DNA of 64,000 bases, taken from positions 18,628 through 82,627 of the forward strand of contig JAFMBY010000001.1 of the NCBI GenBank assembly GCA_017858135.1, read 5' to 3'. This document shows, piece after piece, positions 59,088 through 64,000 of the stretch. A program made the position numbers and the translations under genes. Under the pieces are notes generated by a model that had not been told where the DNA came from, searched no databases, and saw only the letters and a list, made by a program, of their open reading frames with translations. The stretch's first letter is position 1. Each line of letters opens with the position of its first letter. The stretch comes from Porticoccaceae bacterium (lineage in GTDB: Bacteria > Pseudomonadota > Gammaproteobacteria > Pseudomonadales > Porticoccaceae).

Positions 59088-59324
59088 CGCTGACGCTCCT
59101 TTAGCAATATTCTGCGCTCTCAGAACGCCAGTTCAACTATCCTGATCGCAGACACGCGATCATTTTAATGGATTATTCAGCCGTATCTTTAGGCTGAAAA
59201 CTGATGTTACCCAAAGATCGCCATTGTTAGTCTTTTTTGCATTGAGACTCATGCGCAGTGAATGGTAACATGAGCGCCGAATCCTGCTTCTGGCAATAAC
59301 CTTAATTATTTGTGGAGACCCTCT

Positions 59325-59651
59325 ATGAGCGACACTATCGTTCACACGACAGATTCTAGCTTCGAAAGCGATGTACTGCAGTCAGATGTTCCTACTCTGG
59401 TAGATTTTTGGGCGGCCTGGTGTGGTCCCTGCAAAATGATTGCGCCACTGCTAGACGAACTATCTACCGAATATGCGGGACGTGTAAAAGTCTGCAAAGT
59501 GGATGTTGACAGTAATCCAGAAACGGCAGCGAAATTTAATGTCCGTGGTATCCCAACATTACTAGTCTTTAAAAATGGCAGCGTCGAAGCGACCAAAGTA
59601 GGCGCTCTCTCCAAAGCCCAGCTAGTCGAATTCGTCGAGAGCATTATGTAA
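59325..59651 (+). CDS. trxA: Thioredoxin 1
   Basis: [20 protein letters not shown]; ATG 59325 after GGAG; precedes rho. Confidence 0.97.
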   Translation: MSDTIVHTTDSSFESDVLQSDVPTLVDFWAAWCGPCKMIAPLLDELSTEYAGRVKVCKVDVDSNPETAAKFNVRGIPTLLVFKNGSVEATKVGALSKAQLVEFVESIM

Positions 59652-59656
59652 CCCTG

Positions 59657-59684
59657 TTTGCGGCTCTGGTCACTGAGCCGCAAA
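59657..59684 (+). terminator. Hairpin after trxA
   Basis: TTTGCGGCTC-tggtcact-GAGCCGCAAA; short U-run only. Confidence 0.5.
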
Positions 59685-59690
59685 ATTTCC

Positions 59691-59925
59691 TTGCGCTTTG
59701 GTCAATGCGCGCTATACTTCGAAGTATTCAAATATGTTTCACCCCACGTAGGCCCCCCAATTAACTGCTTTCGGTACTGTTTACAGTTCCAATTAACGCG
59801 CTACTTATCTGTACGATGTAGAACGTCTCAACCGGCGAGCCTTACTCAAGATTTAAATTACTAAAAATGGCTGCGAAGCCAATTCCTTTTCCCAAACCCT
59901 ATAGCAAACCTAAAATATCCCTCCT
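59691..59925 (+). promoter_or_regulatory. rho promoter and long C-rich leader (probable Rho autoregulatory attenuation region)
   Basis: TTGCGC-16-TATACT at 59691-59718, then about 200 nt of C-rich, G-poor leader; Rho autoregulation through its leader is established in E. coli. Confidence 0.55.
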
Positions 59926-61185
59926 ATGAATTTATCAGAACTAAAACAAAAACCAATTGACGAACTATTAGAAATGACAGCCTCTGCCGGGCTCGACAAC
60001 TTAGCTCGTTCAAGAAAACAAGACATCATCTTCGCCCTGCTTAAACGCCACGCAAAAAGCGGTGAAGATATTTACGGCGACGGAGTTTTAGAAATTCTCC
60101 CGGATGGCTTTGGGTTTTTACGCTCAGCCGGCGCCTCTTACCTAGCCGGGCCGGATGATATTTATGTATCACCCAGTCAGATTAGACGCTTTAACCTGCG
60201 CACTGGCGATGGCATCTCCGGCAAGATACGTCCGCCAAAAGACGGTGAGCGCTACTTTGCTATGCTCAAGGTTGATGAGATCAATCTCGACGCCCCGGAA
60301 AACGCTCGCAATAAAATTCTCTTTGAAAACCTTACCCCTCTCTTCCCCGACCAGCGCCTGACTCTAGAGGCAGGCAATGGCTCGACAGAAGATTTGACCG
60401 GCCGAATTATTGATTTGGTCTCGCCAATTGGTAAAGGCCAGCGCGGCTTAATTGTTGCGCCGCCGAAAGCCGGTAAAACCATTATGATGCAGAATATTGC
60501 GCAATCGATTATTCGCAATAATCCCGAATGTATCATTATCGTTTTGCTGATCGATGAACGCCCGGAAGAAGTAACCGAAATGCAGCGTACCGTGCGCGGC
60601 GAAGTGATTGCATCAACCTTTGATGAGCCACCAAATCGCCATGTGCAGGTTGCCGAAATGGTAATCGAGCGCGCCAAACGCCTGGTAGAGCACAAAAAAG
60701 ACGTCGTCATTCTACTCGACTCCATCACGCGTTTAGCCCGTGCCTACAACACCGTTATTCCCTCCTCCGGTAAAGTGCTGACCGGTGGTGTCGACGCACA
60801 CGCCCTCGAAAAACCCAAGCGTTTCTTTGGTGCGGCGCGAAATATTGAACATGGCGGCAGCCTCAGTATCATCGCCACCGCGCTGGTCGATACCGGCTCA
60901 AAAATGGACGAAGTGATCTACGAAGAATTTAAAGGCACCGGTAATATGGAGCTGATTCTCGATCGCAAGATTGCTGAAAAGCGCGTCTACCCATCGATCA
61001 ATATACGTCGCTCTGGTACCCGTCGCGAAGACCTTCTGATGGACGAATCAGAATTGCAACGAGTCTGGATTTTGCGCAAGTTACTGCATGATATGGAAGA
61101 CGTTGCGGCAATCGAATTTATGACCGAAAAGCTCAAAGGCTTTAAAAACAACGCCGAATTCTTTGGTGCCATGAAGCGTAAATAG
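59926..61185 (+). CDS. rho: Transcription termination factor Rho
   Basis: [47 protein letters not shown]. Confidence 0.99.
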   Translation: MNLSELKQKPIDELLEMTASAGLDNLARSRKQDIIFALLKRHAKSGEDIYGDGVLEILPDGFGFLRSAGASYLAGPDDIYVSPSQIRRFNLRTGDGISGKIRPPKDGERYFAMLKVDEINLDAPENARNKILFENLTPLFPDQRLTLEAGNGSTEDLTGRIIDLVSPIGKGQRGLIVAPPKAGKTIMMQNIAQSIIRNNPECIIIVLLIDERPEEVTEMQRTVRGEVIASTFDEPPNRHVQVAEMVIERAKRLVEHKKDVVILLDSITRLARAYNTVIPSSGKVLTGGVDAHALEKPKRFFGAARNIEHGGSLSIIATALVDTGSKMDEVIYEEFKGTGNMELILDRKIAEKRVYPSINIRRSGTRREDLLMDESELQRVWILRKLLHDMEDVAAIEFMTEKLKGFKNNAEFFGAMKRK

Positions 61186-61248
61186 TGCGCCAAATATAGT
61201 GCAGCCTGCGTATCATAAGCTTGATGCAATGACCTAGGCTAAAGCTCG

Positions 61249-62721
61249 ATGAAATATTCTGACCTACGCGAATTTATAGCTTTCCTCGAACAACGGGGAG
61301 AGCTAGTTCGCATTACGCAAGAAGTCGACCCCAATCTTGAGATGACCGAGATTAGTGACCGTACGCTACGTGCCAAAGGTCCCGCCCTACTGTTTGAAAA
61401 CCCCAAAGGTTACAACACCCCAGTACTCTGCAACCTATTTGGCACCCCAGATCGTGTTGCTATGGGTATGGGTCAAGAAAAGCTTAGCGCCCTGCGCGAT
61501 GTCGGCACGCTGCTCGCTTTCCTAAAAGAACCCGAACCACCCAAAGGACTGCGTGATCTCTGGGAAAAGCGCCACGACTTCAAACAGGTATTAAATATGC
61601 CTGTAAAGCAAATCAAAAACCCGCCCTGTCAGGAAGTGGTTCTTGAAGGCGATGCGGTCGATCTGGATAAATTACCGATTCAAACTTGCTGGCCAGGCGA
61701 CAAAGCACCACTGGTTACCTGGGCACTAGCAGTGACCCGTGGCCCAGAAAAAGAGCGCCAGAATCTCGGCATTTACCGCATGCAAAAGATCGCCAAAAAC
61801 AAATTAATTATGCGCTGGCTGGCCCATCGTGGCGGTGCCCTCGACTATCGCGACTGGCAAAAAAAGTATCCCGGCAAACCCTACCCGGTAGCTATTGCTC
61901 TAGGTGCCGACCCAGCCACCACACTGGGTGCCGTAACCCCTGTACCAGACACATTGTCCGAATATGCCTTCGCCGGCTTGTTGCGCGGCGAAAAGACTCA
62001 GGTCGCCAAGTGCCTCGGCAGCGATTTGCAAGTGCCGGCCACAGCGGAATATATTCTCGAAGGTTTTTTGCATCCCGGCGAAGAAGCCGACGAAGGCCCC
62101 TTTGGCGATCACACCGGTTATTACAACGAAGTCGAACGCTTCCCGGTCTTCACTATCGATCGTATCACTCATCGTAAAAATCCGATCTATCACAGCACCT
62201 ATACCGGCCGACCACCCGACGAACCGGCTGTACTCGGTGTCGCACTCAACGAAGTATTTGTGCCGATACTGCAAAAGCAATTTCCAGAAATTGTCGACTT
62301 TTATCTGCCGCCAGAAGGCTGCTCCTATCGCATGGCCGTGGTTAGCATGAAGAAACAATACCCCGGCCACGCCAAACGCGTGATGATGGGAGTCTGGTCA
62401 TTCCTGCGACAATTTATGTACACCAAATTTGTGATCGTCACCGACGATGATATTGATGTACGCAACTGGGAAGACGTGATCTGGGCCATGACCACCAGAA
62501 TGGACCCCGTCCGCGACACGATGATGGTCGAAAACACCCCCATCGACTACCTCGACTTTGCCTCACCTGTATCTGGCCTCGGCTCTAAAATGGGTATGGA
62601 CGCAACCAATAAAATGCCCGGCGAAACGGACCGCGAATGGGGTGAACCCATCGTAATGGATGAAGCCGTTGTGCGGCGCATTGATGATCTTTGGGATGAT
62701 CTGGGTATTAACCTTAAATAA
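61249..62721 (+). CDS. ubiD: 4-hydroxy-3-polyprenylbenzoate decarboxylase
   Basis: [38 protein letters not shown]; follows rho. Confidence 0.97.
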   Translation: MKYSDLREFIAFLEQRGELVRITQEVDPNLEMTEISDRTLRAKGPALLFENPKGYNTPVLCNLFGTPDRVAMGMGQEKLSALRDVGTLLAFLKEPEPPKGLRDLWEKRHDFKQVLNMPVKQIKNPPCQEVVLEGDAVDLDKLPIQTCWPGDKAPLVTWALAVTRGPEKERQNLGIYRMQKIAKNKLIMRWLAHRGGALDYRDWQKKYPGKPYPVAIALGADPATTLGAVTPVPDTLSEYAFAGLLRGEKTQVAKCLGSDLQVPATAEYILEGFLHPGEEADEGPFGDHTGYYNEVERFPVFTIDRITHRKNPIYHSTYTGRPPDEPAVLGVALNEVFVPILQKQFPEIVDFYLPPEGCSYRMAVVSMKKQYPGHAKRVMMGVWSFLRQFMYTKFVIVTDDDIDVRNWEDVIWAMTTRMDPVRDTMMVENTPIDYLDFASPVSGLGSKMGMDATNKMPGETDREWGEPIVMDEAVVRRIDDLWDDLGINLK

Positions 62722-62757
62722 GGGTTCCTAATTACAAGCGACTGAAAATTCAACAGT

Positions 62758-62821
62758 CTATAACAAGCAAAAGTGGCACTGTGCCTCGGCTAGACCCGCG
62801 CCGCCACTTTTGGCGTTATGC
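62758..62821 (+). repeat. attC-like palindrome (or large-loop terminator)
   Basis: ATAAC-AAG-CAAAAGTGGC...GCCACTTTTG-GC-GTTATGC, 58 bp from TAAC to GTTA. Confidence 0.35.
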
Positions 62822-63222
62822 CATATTATGGTTATCAAAAACTCAATCACCAAGTCTATCCCTTAGCTTCTCAATCGCACTCTTAAAAGACTCCCACACA
62901 AAGCGAAGATTGATTGCCAAAGGGTTGCAGCACAACGGTTAGTTCTCGACGTTTAATAACTGCATCTGTGGTATAATCATTTGTTGCCGTTTCTCTTCTA
63001 CGCGCGTTAACTCGGCGTAACATCAATCACAGCAATTTTATCGGCGCCACTTCCATCTTGGCTTCGCAGTTCTCGCTACGTTACATTTTTCATCTATATC
63101 TTGTAATTTTTATACCTTTACGCTGCACTGCTTTTGCCTGCTGATGCTCACGCTGTGCAGGCGAAAATCGCTATCCACTTAAAAATTTTTTAAACATTAT
63201 AAAGCACCACTTTGGGGTCATT

Positions 63223-63876
63223 ATGAGTACAGGCAATACTGAATTACGAGCGTCACAACCAACCATTCTTTCCTTTGTAAAAGACCTCCCCAACTTGTGT
63301 TCACTTGCGGGATTGGGCTGTACTATTTTATCTATCTACTTCAGCATTCTTGAAGTTTATTACGCCGCAATGATCGGCATGATTTGGGCCGTTGCGTTTG
63401 ACTGGGCGGATGGACTTATTGCACGACGAATGAAAGGACGGACAGGCAACGACCGCGCTTTTGGCGGTCAGCTGGATCTATTAATCGATATTGTCAGCTA
63501 TGGCGTCGCTCCAGCCGTTCTTCTGCTGAGCTATGGAAATTTCCAGCCACATTTTCTCGCTGGCGCTTTCTTAATGCTTGCCGCGAGTGCAATACGGTTG
63601 AGCTATTTCAGTACCTTCGGTTTTTCTGAAGGGGCTAAATATACGGGTCTGGCTCTCGATAACAACAATATAATTCTGGTATTCATATTTTTATTTGAAA
63701 GTACTTTCAGTCAGGGAATTTTTTCGGTCGTTCTTTACGCAACTGGTCTAGTACTTGCGATCCTAAATGTGTCCCAGATTAAGACGCCAAAATTTTCTGG
63801 GAATCCGGTGAACGTCTATATTCTGGCGCTTTATACGCTTGGAATCACAGCGATCTATGGCTGGAAACTTTTATAA
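63223..63876 (+). CDS. CDP-alcohol phosphatidyltransferase family protein
   Basis: LPNLCS and DWADGLIARR...FGGQLDLLID match the D-x2-DG-x2-AR-x-G-x3-D-x3-D signature; multiple TM segments. Confidence 0.9.
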   Translation: MSTGNTELRASQPTILSFVKDLPNLCSLAGLGCTILSIYFSILEVYYAAMIGMIWAVAFDWADGLIARRMKGRTGNDRAFGGQLDLLIDIVSYGVAPAVLLLSYGNFQPHFLAGAFLMLAASAIRLSYFSTFGFSEGAKYTGLALDNNNIILVFIFLFESTFSQGIFSVVLYATGLVLAILNVSQIKTPKFSGNPVNVYILALYTLGITAIYGWKLL

Positions 63877-63941
63877 GAAGCAACGGAACTGAAGAATCGC
63901 AGCGGCGAAAATTAGCTTAGTAAGAGGATTTAAATAACATA

Positions 63942-64000
63942 ATGATTGTATATACGGTAGGCACCTTCGACTTGTTACATGTAGGACACCTTGCTTTATT
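63942..64000 (+). CDS. Cytidylyl/adenylyltransferase family protein (TagD-like), 5' fragment truncated by the window end
   Basis: AGAGG SD; MIVYTVGTFDLLHVGHLAL contains the HxGH motif. Confidence 0.8.
   Translation, partial: MIVYTVGTFDLLHVGHLAL

Noticed and set aside
1-64000. tRNA, rRNA, tmRNA/6S genes, prophage or defence systems
   Set aside because: No cloverleaf or rRNA-like stretches were seen in the intergenic gaps, and no integrase, capsid, restriction-modification or toxin-antitoxin ORFs were recognised.

Overview
A mostly housekeeping 64 kb chromosomal segment of a gammaproteobacterium of about 50% GC. Gene order closely follows the Pseudomonas/Cellvibrionales pattern; a marine SAR92/Porticoccaceae-like organism is my inference, not a demonstrated assignment. 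Contents in order: pyk, ilvA, rpiA, a PfkB kinase, a PAS-GGDEF-EAL protein, DUF2333, a PCuAC copper chaperone, dsbD, aroQ-accB-accC-prmA-dusB-fis-purH, a photolyase lying antisense between purH and purD, coq7, a LysR cassette, OsmC/YhfA, crp(vfr), trpEGDC, rpe, an EF-hand protein, an AlkK/DmdB-like acyl-CoA ligase, a complete Pil-Chp chemosensory cluster (pilGHIJK-chpABC), gshB-tonB-yqgE-yqgF, pilTU, yggS-proC-yggT, tas, metXW, rdgB-hemW, fieF, a VTT-fused flavin disulfide reductase, trxA-rho-ubiD, and the start of an AT-richer accessory region (CDP-alcohol phosphatidyltransferase plus cytidylyltransferase). I saw no tRNA, rRNA, CRISPR array, transposase or integrase. The strongest unexplained signal is at 22.27-22.91 kb: a LysR gene faces two tandem transcription units driven by a duplicated 50-bp operator/promoter (44/50 identical). 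One unit encodes an unannotated 40-aa peptide, the other is an ORF-less ~125-nt sRNA candidate, and both end in the same 3' module. Other features missing from the ORF track: a TrpL leader peptide (WRWR) with no U-tract terminator, a Cys-periodic uORF before metX, a Pro-rich uORF overlapping the rho start, two genes whose conserved N-termini require near-cognate starts (phrB ATC, hemW ATA), a 113-aa acidic tail on PilJ, and attC-like remnants after ubiD.
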